Assembly (NCBI GenBank): GCA_965368975.1
Contig: CBDUPA010000005.1
Span: 32,001 to 96,000 of the forward strand
Length of the DNA stretch: 64,000 nucleotides
Direction of reading: 5' to 3'
From: an uncultured bacterium
GTDB lineage: Bacteria; Acidobacteriota; Thermoanaerobaculia; Multivoradales; JAHZIX01
Shown here: positions 17,799-27,661 of the stretch, one piece after another
How positions within the stretch are numbered: the first letter of the stretch is position 1
Layout of the letters: each line of letters starts with the position of its first letter
Program-made: the position numbers and the translations under genes
The notes under the pieces: model-generated
Told to the model about the DNA's origin: nothing
What the model saw: only the letters and a program-made list of their open reading frames with translations
The model's database searches: none

Positions 17799-18998
17799 AT
17801 GTTCGAGTCCGTGACGCCGGTAGCCCCGGATCCCATTTTCGGACTGACCGAGGCCTTTCGTGCCGATGGCAGCCCGCGCAAGGTCAATCTCGGTGTTGGC
17901 GTCTATCAGGACGAGACCGGGCAAACGCCGATCCTGGCGGCGGTGAAGGCCGCCGAGGCACGCTTGCTCGAAAGCGAGACCGGCAAGGTCTACCTGCCGA
18001 TGGAGGGGCCAGCGGATTACATCGAGGCCGTGCAGCACCTGTTGCTCGGCAGGGACCATCCGCGTCTCGGTGAGCAGCAGGTGGTCACGGTGCAGGCACC
18101 GGGAGGTACCGGAGCGCTGCGCGTGGCCGGCGATTTCGTCAAGGCGCTGCACCCTGAAGCGACGGTGTGGATCGGCCGCCCGACCTGGGCCAACCACGAC
18201 ACAGTCTTCGAGGCGGTTGGCTTGCAGCGGGCCGATTACCCCTATTTCGACATCGAAGCCAATCACCTCGACTTCGACGGCATGCTGAAGGCCTTGGAGC
18301 AGGCTCGCCCCGGTGATGTCGTCTTGCTCCACGCCTGCTGCCACAATCCGTCCGGTGTCGATCTCGATGCTGAGCAGTGGCAGCGTGTCGCCGAGTTTCT
18401 GCTCGAACGTCAACTGCTACCGTTGCTCGATTTCGCCTACCAGGGCTTCCTGCGCGGCACGCGTGAGGATGCCGAGAGTCTACGCATCCTGGCCTCGGTA
18501 GTGCCGGAGCTGATGGTGTGCAACAGCTTCTCCAAGAACTTCGGCCTGTACAACGAGCGCGTCGGTGGCCTGACCGTGATCACCCCCTCGGCTGACAGCG
18601 CCAAGGCGGTACGCAGCCGCGTCAAGCGGGTGATCCGGGCCAACTACTCGAATCCAGCGTCGCATGGTGCGCGCGTCGTCAGCATGATCTTGCACGATCA
18701 CGATCTGGAAACGCAGTGGCGCGAGGAACTGTGCCGCATGCGCCAGCGCATCCACGACACCCGCGCCGAGTTCGCCGCCGCTCTCGACCAGCGCGGCGTC
18801 CAGCTGTCGGCCCAGGGCAACGACTTCGTCATGCAGCAGCATGGCATGTTCTCGTTCTGCCGCCTGAGTCGCAAGCAGGTACTGCGGCTACGCGAGGACT
18901 ACGCGATCTACATGGTCGACTCCGGCCGCATCAACGTTGCCGGCATCAACCGGAGCAATCTCGACTACCTGTGTGACGCTATCGCGACGCAGTTCTGA
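17799..18998 (+). CDS. aspC: Aspartate/aromatic amino acid aminotransferase (AspC/TyrB family)
   Basis: PDPIFGL, KVNLGVGVY, APGGTGALR, LLHACCHNPSG, DFAYQGF, PLP lysine motif SFSKNFGLYNERVG, SGRINVAG; AGGAG RBS. Confidence 0.9.
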   Translation: MFESVTPVAPDPIFGLTEAFRADGSPRKVNLGVGVYQDETGQTPILAAVKAAEARLLESETGKVYLPMEGPADYIEAVQHLLLGRDHPRLGEQQVVTVQAPGGTGALRVAGDFVKALHPEATVWIGRPTWANHDTVFEAVGLQRADYPYFDIEANHLDFDGMLKALEQARPGDVVLLHACCHNPSGVDLDAEQWQRVAEFLLERQLLPLLDFAYQGFLRGTREDAESLRILASVVPELMVCNSFSKNFGLYNERVGGLTVITPSADSAKAVRSRVKRVIRANYSNPASHGARVVSMILHDHDLETQWREELCRMRQRIHDTRAEFAAALDQRGVQLSAQGNDFVMQQHGMFSFCRLSRKQVLRLREDYAIYMVDSGRINVAGINRSNLDYLCDAIATQF

Positions 18999-19017
18999 AC
19001 CAGGGTGTTGGCGGAGT

Positions 19018-22000
19018 TCAGTCCTCTTCTCCCAGCGCCTCTTCCTCCAGCATTGCCGCCACCTCGTCGCTCGACATCTGGGTGACCTGCAGGTAGACGT
19101 CGGCGATTTCGCTCATGTCGAGCCCTTGCTCTTCGCCCGTGGTCTGTAGCCAGGCGCCGAGGGTCGCGGGGGTCGGGGCTTCGAAGACCTGGCGTAGGGG
19201 TACCTCGACGACGAAGGCCTCTTGCAGGCGGTTGATCAGGCGGGTGGCGAGCAGGGAGTGGCCGCCGAGGTCGAAGAAATCGTCGTGGATCCCGACGCGA
19301 TCGAGGCCGAGGATGTCCTGGTAGAGCAGGACCAGCGCTTCTTCGACGACGTGGGTCGGCGGTGCGTATTCGGCGGCCAGTTCGGGGCGTTGTGCGTCCG
19401 GCAGCGGTAGCGCACGTCGATCGACCTTGCCGTTGGGGGAGAGCGGCAGCGTGTCCAGGGTCAGGAAGTGGCTCGGCACCATGTAGTCGGGGAGCTGTTC
19501 CTTGAGCGGTGCACGCAGGCTCTCGGCCTGGGGGCCGGATTCCCCCGTGACGTAGGCCACCAGGCGATGGTCGCCAGGCCGCACTTCCCGCACTGCGACT
19601 ACCGCTGCCTCGACGCCAGGCTGCGCCTTCAGCACTGCCTCGATCTCACCCAACTCGACGCGCAGGCCGTGGATCTTGACCTGGAAGTCCATGCGTCCCA
19701 GTAGCTCGATGCAGCCGTTGGCGAAAGTGCGGGCCAGGTCGCCCGTCCGGTAGAGGCGTGTGCCGCTCGTTACCCGTTCGGTGGCGAACGGATCCGGCAG
19801 GAAGCGCTCGGCGGTGAAGCGAGGGCGACCGGCGTAGCCACGCGCCAGGCCGATACCGCCGAGCAACAGTTCACCGGCGCCGCCCAGCGGTACTGGCCGC
19901 ATGCATCGATCGACCAGGTGAGCGCTCTGGTTGCGCATCGGCCAGCCGTAGGGGATCGAGCGCCAGCTTTCCTGCAGCGCACCAACTGGGTAGACGATCG
20001 AGTGGATCGACGACTCGGTGGCACCGCCCAGGACGATGAAGCGGAAGGCGGGGTTGCCGACGGCGGCACGCGTGCGCTCGACCAGCGGGATCGGTACCCA
20101 GTCGCCACCCAAGATGGCCACGCGCAGGGACGACAGGTCGACCGTCCCTTCCTCGGCGTGCTGTTCAGAGTAGTCGATCAGCAGGCCGAGCAGCGATGGC
20201 GCTGTATTCCAGACGGTGATCCGGTGCTGTGCTACCAGGTCGGCCCAGTGGCCGGGGTCGCGATCGAGATCCGGGTCGGGGAAGACGATGGTGCCGCCGG
20301 CCACCAGCGTGCCGAGTGTCTCGTAGACGGACATGTCAAAGCTCAGCGACGACAGCTGCAGGATTCTCGAGTCCGTGCCGACGCCGAAGCTGGTGTTGAG
20401 GTCCACCAGGTTGTTGAGCACGCCGCGATGCCGGATCGCCACGGCCTTGGGGGTACCCGTGGAGCCCGAGGTGTAGATCAGGTAGGCGAGGTTCTCAGGG
20501 TCGCAAGGAGCGAAGGATTGCCCGTCGTCCTCGGCATCCTCACCATCCCAGCTCAGCTCGTCGATCTCGAGGATCTCGGCCCGTACCTCCGGCAGCGACG
20601 AGCGCAGCACCGCGTGGGTGACGATCACCTCGACGCCAGCGTCCTCGAGCAGGAAGCGCACGCGCTCTTCCGGGTAGCTGACGTCCAGTGGCACATAGCA
20701 GGCACCCGCTTCGAGCACGCCGAGAATGGCGGTCGGGACGTCGGCTCCGCGCTGCAGGGCCAGGCCGACGCGGCTCTCGGGGCCGACTCCGAGGTCACGC
20801 AGCTGGCGTGCCAGCCGCCGGGCACGATCGTGCAGTTGCCGGTAGCTGTAGCTCTGCTCCCCGGCGAGGATCGCTGTTGCCTCGGGTCGCGTGGCGACGT
20901 GCTCGGTGATGACCTCGTGCAGGCAGCGATCGTGCGGGAAGGCGCTGCGCGTGTCGTTGACCTCGTGCAAGAGCAACTGGCGCTCAGCGCCACTGAGCAG
21001 GTCGAAGTCCTGGACGCGGCGCGCCGGGTCTTCCACCAGCTGTTCGAGCACCGTCTGGAAGTGGCGCAGCATACGGCGGATGGTCGAGGCGTCGAAGAGG
21101 TCAGAGGCGTACTCCAGGCGGCCGGCCAGCTTACCCTCGCCCGACGCCAGGTCGCCGACTTCCATCAGGTACCAGGTCAGGTCCAGTTGCGCCGAGGCAC
21201 GCTTCGTCTGCTGCGGTTCGAGGGTCAAGTCCGAGGCGACGCCGATCTCCGAGCGCGGTACGTTGAGCAGCACCAGCATCACCTGGGTCAGCGGGTTGTG
21301 GCTCAGGTCGCGCTCGGGGGCCGCCATCTCGACCAAGAGCTCGAAGGGCACATCCTGCCTCGCGAAGGCGTCGAGCGTCGTGGTGCGCACGCGGGTCAGC
21401 AGGTCGGCGAAGCTGGGGTTGTCGTCGAGCCGAGTGCGCAGCAACAGGATGTTGATGAAGCAGCCGATCAGGTTCTCGATCTCCTGTCGTGGCCGCGTGC
21501 CGGTGCCGGAACTGATCACCAAGTCGCGTTGATGGCCGAGCCGCGACAGCGTCACCGCGAGCGCGCTGAGCAGCGTCATGAACAGCGTGACGCCGTGCTG
21601 GCGACCCGCCAGCAGCAGTGCTTGCGACAGCTTCGCCGGCAGCTCGAAGTGGACGTCGGCGCCGCGGAAGCTCTGCATCGCCGGCCGTGGACGGTCGAGC
21701 GGCAGGTCGAGGACCGGCGGGGCGCCGTCGAGCTGGTCGTGCCAGAAGTCCAGCAGTGGTTGGAGCTCGCCGCTGCGCTCAAGCTCGCGCTGCCAGTAGG
21801 CGTAGTCGGCATACTGCACCGGTAGCTCGGCGAGCCTTGGCTCGCGACCCGCCTCCTGTGCTTGGTAGAAGCCAGCCAGCTCACCCACCAGCAATCCGAG
21901 GGACCATTCGTCCGAGATGATGTGGTGCAGTACCGCTGCCAGCATGTGGTTGCGCGTGTCGAGACGCAGCAGCAGGGTGTGGATCGATGCCTCGCGGTCG

Positions 22001-25000
22001 AGATAGAAAGGTCGCTGGGCGCAGGCATCCATCAGCTCTGCGGCGACCGTCTCGCGCTGGTCCGCTGGCAGTGCTTGCAAGTCCACGACCGGTAGCGACT
22101 GGAACTGGTGCGCGTGGATGCGCTGCAGCGGTGCTTCGGCGCCCTTACCGAGTTCGAAGGTGGTGCGCAGCGTCTCGTGCCGGGCGACGATGGCGTCGAG
22201 TCCGGCCTCCAGCCGCCGTGCGTCGAGATTGCCCTTCAGGCGCACCACCGTCGGGTTGTTGTAGGCGGCGATGCCGGGGGCCAGCTGGTCGATGAACCAC
22301 AGGCGCTGCTGCGCGAAAGACAGCGGCGCCGTCTCGGGATCTGGGCGCCTCGGGATCGCTGGCAGTTCCGGGCCGGTCTCGGTCGCGGTGAGCCCCTTTC
22401 CGGAAGGCAACTCGGACGGGACGAGTTCCGCCAGGCGGGCCACCGTCGGTCGCTCGAACAGCTGCGCTAGCTCGACCTCGACGCCGAAACCACGCTGCAG
22501 GCGGGCGATCAGCTGCGTGGCGAGCAGCGAGTGGCCGCCGAGGTCGAAGAAGTTGTCGTCGACGCCCACCGGCTCGACGCCCAGCAGCTCTTGCCACAGC
22601 TGCGCCAGCGCCAGCTCGCTGGCCGAAGTCGCGGCGCGGTAGGGCGTTGGTAGCTTGGGACGGGTGTGGACGGTGGTGCTGACACCGCGACCGGCGGGGC
22701 TGTCTGTGCCGTCAGCGCTGGGCAGCGTGGCACCGCCCGCCGCGCCGCCCGCGAGCTGCGGCGTTCCCTCGATCCAGTGCCGCTGGCCCTCGAACGGATA
22801 CGTCGGCAGGGCGACGCGTCGCGGCCGGGCTGGAGGGTCGACGGCGGAGTAGGTCGTGTGCACTGCGGCCCAATCCACCGGTACGCCGGCCAGCCACAGG
22901 CGTCCGAGAGCGGTCATCAATGCGAGCCGGTCATCCTGATGACCTCCCAGGCCGTGCGCACCCGGCAGGCTGCCGAACGCCAGGCGCCCTTCCGGCTGCG
23001 CGCGCTCCGTCTCCGCATCGGCGGTGGCTTCGTGAGGCAGCTGCAACGCCAGTGACGCCAGGTTGGCTCCCGGACCGACCTCGAGCAGCAGCCGCGATGT
23101 TTCGCGCCACAGCTCGTGCACGCCGTCGGCGAAGCGCACCGGCGCCAGCAAGTGCTCGACCCAGTAGTCGGGGTCGCTGGCCTGCTCGTCGGTGATCCAG
23201 GTACCGCTGACGTTCGAGATGTAGGGGATCTGCGGGGTGCCGAAGTCGAAGCCGCGGACCAGGTCGCGCAGCTGGTCCGCGATTGGCTGCAGCAGGTGGG
23301 AGTGGAAGGCGTGGCGATTCGGCAGGCGCCGGCAGCTGACGTCCGGCAGGTCGCGCGTGAGCCGCGCCTCGGCCGCTTCGATCGCCTCCGGCGTGCCGCT
23401 GACCACGGTCAAGGCCGGGCCGTTGACCGCCGAGATCGACAGCCTGCGGTCCGGCGCCGGGCTTTCTTCTGGGCTGGCCAGCTCGTCGGCAAGATGCTGC
23501 CGGACGGATGCCTCGTCCAAGCTCAAGGCCAACATCGCGCCCTCGCCGAGCGTCGCGATCAGACGCGCGCGGCGAGCGACCAGCTGCAGCGCGTCTGTGT
23601 TCGAGAGGACACCGGCCAGCGTCGCGGCTACGTACTCGCCCAGGCTGTAGCCGAGCAGTGCCGAGGGCGTCACGCCCCAGGCCTGCCACAAACGCGCCAG
23701 CGCTAGCTCGACGACGAACAGCGCCGGCTGTGCCAGCCGCGTGTCGGTGAGCGTGCCGAGGTCGGGTCCGGCGCCGCGCAGCATGGCACGCAGGTTCGGA
23801 CCTGCATCGTCGTTGGTCTGGGGGAGTTCGTCGATACGGCCTGGGAAGAGGTGCGGTCGCAGGTCTTCGCCGAGCTCCGGCGTCAGCAGCTCGCAGTAGC
23901 GATCGACCTCGGCGCGGAACAACGGCTCCTTCTCGTACAAGCGGCGCGCCAGGTTCGGATAGTGGTCGCCCAGCCCCGACAACAGGAACGCGACGGGGCG
24001 ATCGGTGCGTGGGTCTTCGTCTTGCAGCACGCGTCCCGCCGCTCGCTCAGCCAGCAGCTCGGCACCCTCCTGCAGCGAACTCGCTACCACCGCGCGGCGA
24101 TGACGGAGCAGCCGGCGCCCAGTTTGCAGCGTGAAGGCGGCGTCGGCGAGCAAGGATGCGCTCGCAGAGCCTTCCTGGCCCTGCCCCTGGTCGCGCAGCC
24201 AGGCCGCCAGGTTGTCCGTCGCCGTGTCCAAGGCAGTATCGGTGGCGGCGCTGAGCACCAGTACCTGGTGCGGTCGCTGCGTGCGTTCGATCTCGTCGAA
24301 GTCGCCTTCCGGTGCCTGCTCCAGGATCGCGTGTGCGTTGGTGCCTCCCATGCCGAAAGAGCTGACACCGGCGATACGCGGTCCGTCACTCCACGGGCGT
24401 AGCTCGCTGTTGACGAAGAACGGGCTTCCATCGAAACCACAGCGCGGGTTGGGGGTACGAAAGCCGAGGCTGGGCGGGATCTGTCCGTGCTCGACGGTCA
24501 AAGCCGTCTTGATCAGGCCGGTGATGCCGGCGGCGGCGTCGAGGTGGCCGATATTGGTCTTCACCGATCCCAAGGCGCAGAAGCCCTCCGCCTCTGTGTG
24601 AGCCCGGAACGCATGGTTGAGCGCCGCCATCTCGATCGAGTCGCCGAGCGGCGTCGCGGTGCCGTGCGTCTCGATGTAACCGATGTCTTCCGCCTCGACC
24701 TGCGCCAGCGCCAACGCCTCGGTGATCACCGCCGCCTGTCCCTCGACGCTCGGTGCCGAGAAACCCACCTTGAGGGCGCCATCGTTGTTCACGGCTGTTG
24801 CCCGGATCACCGCACGGATCGGGTCGCCATCTTCGAGCGCGTCTTCGAGTCGCTTGAGCACCACCGCGCCCATGCCGTTGCCCACCACCGTGCCGCCGGC
24901 CTCGGCATCGAAGGCGCGGCAGTGGCCGTCCGGCGAGAACAAGCCACCCGGCTGGTGGGCGTAGCCCATGCGATGCGGTACGCGCACGGACGCACCGCCC

Positions 25001-25647
25001 GCCAGCGCCAGGTCACATTCACCATTGAGCAGGCTCTGGCACGCCAGGTGTACCGCCACCAGCGAACTCGAACACGCCGTCTGCACGTTCATCGCTGGCC
25101 CGCGAAGCCCCAGCTTGTAGGCCACGCGCGTAGTGAAGAAGTCCTTGTCGCTGCCCAGCATCACCTGCACCGTGTCGGCACCGCTGAGGCGGCCGAACAG
25201 CTGGTACAGGAAGTAGCTGTTCATGCTGACGCCAGCATAGGCACCGATCGGGCCGGGAAAGCGCATCGGGTCGACGCCCGCCGTCTCGAAGGCCTGCCAG
25301 GCGATCTGCAAGAACAGTCGCTGCTGCGGGTCGAGCAGGGCCGCTTCGCGCGCGCTGAAGCCGAACAGGCGCGCGTCGAACAGCTCGATGTCGTCGAGCA
25401 CCGCGGCGGCCGGGATGTAGCTCGGATCGTCGAGCGTCGCTTCGTCGACCCCGGCTTCGAGCAACTCGTCGCGCTCGAAGAAGGTGATGCCCTCGACGCC
25501 ATCGCACAGGTTGCGCCAGAAGGTCTCGACGTCTGGTGCCTTCGGGAAACGCCCCGCCATGCCGACGATGGCGACTTCGTTCTCGCCGCCAGATTCTGAG
25601 GAGTCGTCGAAGGCGTCTTCGAGGGCTTCTTCTTCGAAGTTGGGCAT
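19018..25647 (-). CDS. Hybrid type I PKS-NRPS, KS-AT-ACP-C-A-PCP, no thioesterase
   Basis: KS QTACSSSL, HGTAT, KTNIGHLD; AT GYSLGE and HAFHS; carrier GGHSL x2; C domain LSFAQQRLW, HHIISD; A domain YTSGSTGTPK, YRTGDL, KIHGLRVELGEIE, PNGKVDR. Confidence 0.95.
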   Translation of the reverse strand: MPNFEEEALEDAFDDSSESGGENEVAIVGMAGRFPKAPDVETFWRNLCDGVEGITFFERDELLEAGVDEATLDDPSYIPAAAVLDDIELFDARLFGFSAREAALLDPQQRLFLQIAWQAFETAGVDPMRFPGPIGAYAGVSMNSYFLYQLFGRLSGADTVQVMLGSDKDFFTTRVAYKLGLRGPAMNVQTACSSSLVAVHLACQSLLNGECDLALAGGASVRVPHRMGYAHQPGGLFSPDGHCRAFDAEAGGTVVGNGMGAVVLKRLEDALEDGDPIRAVIRATAVNNDGALKVGFSAPSVEGQAAVITEALALAQVEAEDIGYIETHGTATPLGDSIEMAALNHAFRAHTEAEGFCALGSVKTNIGHLDAAAGITGLIKTALTVEHGQIPPSLGFRTPNPRCGFDGSPFFVNSELRPWSDGPRIAGVSSFGMGGTNAHAILEQAPEGDFDEIERTQRPHQVLVLSAATDTALDTATDNLAAWLRDQGQGQEGSASASLLADAAFTLQTGRRLLRHRRAVVASSLQEGAELLAERAAGRVLQDEDPRTDRPVAFLLSGLGDHYPNLARRLYEKEPLFRAEVDRYCELLTPELGEDLRPHLFPGRIDELPQTNDDAGPNLRAMLRGAGPDLGTLTDTRLAQPALFVVELALARLWQAWGVTPSALLGYSLGEYVAATLAGVLSNTDALQLVARRARLIATLGEGAMLALSLDEASVRQHLADELASPEESPAPDRRLSISAVNGPALTVVSGTPEAIEAAEARLTRDLPDVSCRRLPNRHAFHSHLLQPIADQLRDLVRGFDFGTPQIPYISNVSGTWITDEQASDPDYWVEHLLAPVRFADGVHELWRETSRLLLEVGPGANLASLALQLPHEATADAETERAQPEGRLAFGSLPGAHGLGGHQDDRLALMTALGRLWLAGVPVDWAAVHTTYSAVDPPARPRRVALPTYPFEGQRHWIEGTPQLAGGAAGGATLPSADGTDSPAGRGVSTTVHTRPKLPTPYRAATSASELALAQLWQELLGVEPVGVDDNFFDLGGHSLLATQLIARLQRGFGVEVELAQLFERPTVARLAELVPSELPSGKGLTATETGPELPAIPRRPDPETAPLSFAQQRLWFIDQLAPGIAAYNNPTVVRLKGNLDARRLEAGLDAIVARHETLRTTFELGKGAEAPLQRIHAHQFQSLPVVDLQALPADQRETVAAELMDACAQRPFYLDREASIHTLLLRLDTRNHMLAAVLHHIISDEWSLGLLVGELAGFYQAQEAGREPRLAELPVQYADYAYWQRELERSGELQPLLDFWHDQLDGAPPVLDLPLDRPRPAMQSFRGADVHFELPAKLSQALLLAGRQHGVTLFMTLLSALAVTLSRLGHQRDLVISSGTGTRPRQEIENLIGCFINILLLRTRLDDNPSFADLLTRVRTTTLDAFARQDVPFELLVEMAAPERDLSHNPLTQVMLVLLNVPRSEIGVASDLTLEPQQTKRASAQLDLTWYLMEVGDLASGEGKLAGRLEYASDLFDASTIRRMLRHFQTVLEQLVEDPARRVQDFDLLSGAERQLLLHEVNDTRSAFPHDRCLHEVITEHVATRPEATAILAGEQSYSYRQLHDRARRLARQLRDLGVGPESRVGLALQRGADVPTAILGVLEAGACYVPLDVSYPEERVRFLLEDAGVEVIVTHAVLRSSLPEVRAEILEIDELSWDGEDAEDDGQSFAPCDPENLAYLIYTSGSTGTPKAVAIRHRGVLNNLVDLNTSFGVGTDSRILQLSSLSFDMSVYETLGTLVAGGTIVFPDPDLDRDPGHWADLVAQHRITVWNTAPSLLGLLIDYSEQHAEEGTVDLSSLRVAILGGDWVPIPLVERTRAAVGNPAFRFIVLGGATESSIHSIVYPVGALQESWRSIPYGWPMRNQSAHLVDRCMRPVPLGGAGELLLGGIGLARGYAGRPRFTAERFLPDPFATERVTSGTRLYRTGDLARTFANGCIELLGRMDFQVKIHGLRVELGEIEAVLKAQPGVEAAVVAVREVRPGDHRLVAYVTGESGPQAESLRAPLKEQLPDYMVPSHFLTLDTLPLSPNGKVDRRALPLPDAQRPELAAEYAPPTHVVEEALVLLYQDILGLDRVGIHDDFFDLGGHSLLATRLINRLQEAFVVEVPLRQVFEAPTPATLGAWLQTTGEEQGLDMSEIADVYLQVTQMSSDEVAAMLEEEALGEED

Positions 25648-25771
25648 GGGATCCGTCCTGGGGAAGAAAAGGGGAATGCGGGCAGGTGTCAGCGGGCGGA
25701 GATTAGCACAGGGAGGTGTCGTTCCCAGGCTGATGAGATGCCACGGGAGGGCCAGGCGCGATTGCGGAGAT

Positions 25772-26407
25772 TTAGGCTAGTGAGCTTTCTGGAAGTGCCC
25801 GGGAAATGCCTTGGATGAACGCGCGCAGGCTGGGAGACTTCGGGTCTTCGAGATCCAGGTGAGGTGCGATGCTCTGGCCCCATTCGTACTTGTCGGCGCC
25901 AGTGCAATTCTTCGGGTCTTTCCGTAGGGCCTTCGCCAAGTGTTCCCAGGCGCCTACTACCGCGTCCGGGGCAGGTAGGTTAGAAAGCTTGGCTTTGGAG
26001 TACGCGTTCCGTATAGCTTCGGGATCTGCGAGAAACCAGGACTCGATCTCTTCGACAGCGATGCGAAACAGTACGTTTGCTGGCCGGTTGTCCAAGTTCG
26101 TGTAGAGCTCGACGAGCTGTTGCTTCAATTCTCGGCAGTCGTCCCGATCCGCGTCGATGAGCACGACGAGCCAGTAGGTCGGTGGCAGCGCGGAGTATCC
26201 TCGAATCTTGGCAGGTAGCTGATCGAGCAAACCACGTTGCCTCGGATCGGGTCTCTCTTGTGGGTTCTCAGGAAGCCTGCCGCGACCCTGGTGCGGGAGG
26301 ATCCGGAAGTGAGTTTCTTCTTCCAGCTGAAATCGTCGTTGCAGGATCTCGCGTACCGTGGGGACGTCGGCTTCGCCTTCGGTCAAGATCTCGAAAAAGG
26401 GTTTCAC
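25772..26407 (-). CDS. DUF4276-type TOPRIM-like protein
   Basis: GTG start overlapping upstream stop (GTGA at 26404-26407); ILTEGEAD, VVLIDAD, EEIESWFLAD, SPSLRAF motifs. Confidence 0.75.
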   Translation of the reverse strand: MKPFFEILTEGEADVPTVREILQRRFQLEEETHFRILPHQGRGRLPENPQERPDPRQRGLLDQLPAKIRGYSALPPTYWLVVLIDADRDDCRELKQQLVELYTNLDNRPANVLFRIAVEEIESWFLADPEAIRNAYSKAKLSNLPAPDAVVGAWEHLAKALRKDPKNCTGADKYEWGQSIAPHLDLEDPKSPSLRAFIQGISRALPESSLA

Positions 26408-27627
26408 GGATTGCCTCGGCCGAAGTGGTTGCTGTACCAAAGGCTGCCGAGTGGAATTCCTTCATTGAAGAGTTCTTGCACTCCGCGTTGCTCCGTGGCC
26501 CGGACTGCTGTTGTGAAACCCTGAGTGCTCTTCTCCAAGATCCAGACCTCGCTCGGAGACAGGGCATCGACAAGGTGAGGTGAGTGAGTAGTGAGCAAGA
26601 TCTGTGGGCCGCCGGAGGCTTGTGCGTAGGCCTTCATCTCGCGTGCCAAGGGAGCTAGCAACTGATGGTGCAGTCCGTTCTCTGGTTCTTCGATGCCGAT
26701 CAGCGGTGCGGGTGAAGGGTCCTCTAGCAGCAGCAAGTAGGCGAGCATCTTCAGAGTGCCGTCAGACATGTCTTGTGCGTAGAAGGGATCCTCGAAACCA
26801 CGGTCATTGAACTGGATGAGTAGCCGGCCATCCTTGGAGCGTTCGTGGGTGATCTGTTGGATGCCGGGGATCTTTCGAGAAATGCGGCTCAGTACTTTGG
26901 AAAAGCGCTTCGGGTTCTCCCGCTCCACAAACTGCAGGTAGTTGGCGAGGTTGTCTCCGGTACGGTTGAGATGCTTGTGAGCGCCCGCCATCGGTATCTC
27001 GCGGGCCATCTGGGGTAGGAAGTACGAGAGGTACCAGCCTTCTAGGAACTCTCGGAAGGCGACGATCCGTGGATGGTCGGCCAGATTTCCAAGCGTCGTG
27101 ATTCCGAGGCGCTGAGGGTCTTCGAGTCGCACGTCGATCTTCGTATTGCCCTCCTCCTTCTCGGTGGCTTCGCCTGTCCAAGCCTCGCCTTTGCCGTGGC
27201 GGATGTTCAAGAAGGAGAAGGGGTGGCCAAGACCTTGGCCCTTGCGTCGCTGCCGCAGTCGTTCGTGGACGACCTCGGGTCGACCATGCCTATCTAGATC
27301 GATGTGCAGTGAGTAGCTGATTGGACGAGCGCGTCGATCCTGGCGGTAGTAGATCTCGAACTGAATCGGCCCGTCCTGACCTCGCGTGCGGAGGCGCTCG
27401 AAGCCTCCTCGGTGTGGGCGGTCGCAAGCTTCTTCAACGCCGTCGCGCAAGCAGTCTCCCAGGAAGCCCAGAGCGTCCATCAAGGACGTCTTACCAGAGC
27501 CGTTCGGGCCAATCGCGGCCAAGAAACGTGGCAAGGGCCTTGGCTCTTGGTCCTCGAAAGTCTTGCCAAGCGAGACATCCCGCAACGAGCGGTAGTTCTG
27601 AATGCGAATGCCTTCCAGCTGTGCCAT
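26404..27627 (-). CDS. ABC/AAA_21-family ATPase (RecF/SMC-like, conflict-system type)
   Basis: IRIQNYRSL, Walker A GPNGSGKT, signature MSDGTLK, Walker B IGIEEPENGLH, H-loop LTTHSP. Confidence 0.9.
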   Translation of the reverse strand: MAQLEGIRIQNYRSLRDVSLGKTFEDQEPRPLPRFLAAIGPNGSGKTSLMDALGFLGDCLRDGVEEACDRPHRGGFERLRTRGQDGPIQFEIYYRQDRRARPISYSLHIDLDRHGRPEVVHERLRQRRKGQGLGHPFSFLNIRHGKGEAWTGEATEKEEGNTKIDVRLEDPQRLGITTLGNLADHPRIVAFREFLEGWYLSYFLPQMAREIPMAGAHKHLNRTGDNLANYLQFVERENPKRFSKVLSRISRKIPGIQQITHERSKDGRLLIQFNDRGFEDPFYAQDMSDGTLKMLAYLLLLEDPSPAPLIGIEEPENGLHHQLLAPLAREMKAYAQASGGPQILLTTHSPHLVDALSPSEVWILEKSTQGFTTAVRATEQRGVQELFNEGIPLGSLWYSNHFGRGNP

Positions 27628-27661
27628 GCGGAGATTCTAGCGGACAGGCTCGGGAGTCTGC

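Noticed and set aside
25650-27660. Mobile element boundaries around the ATPase/TOPRIM cassette
   Set aside because: No transposase, integrase, tRNA target or flanking direct/inverted repeats could be identified by eye.
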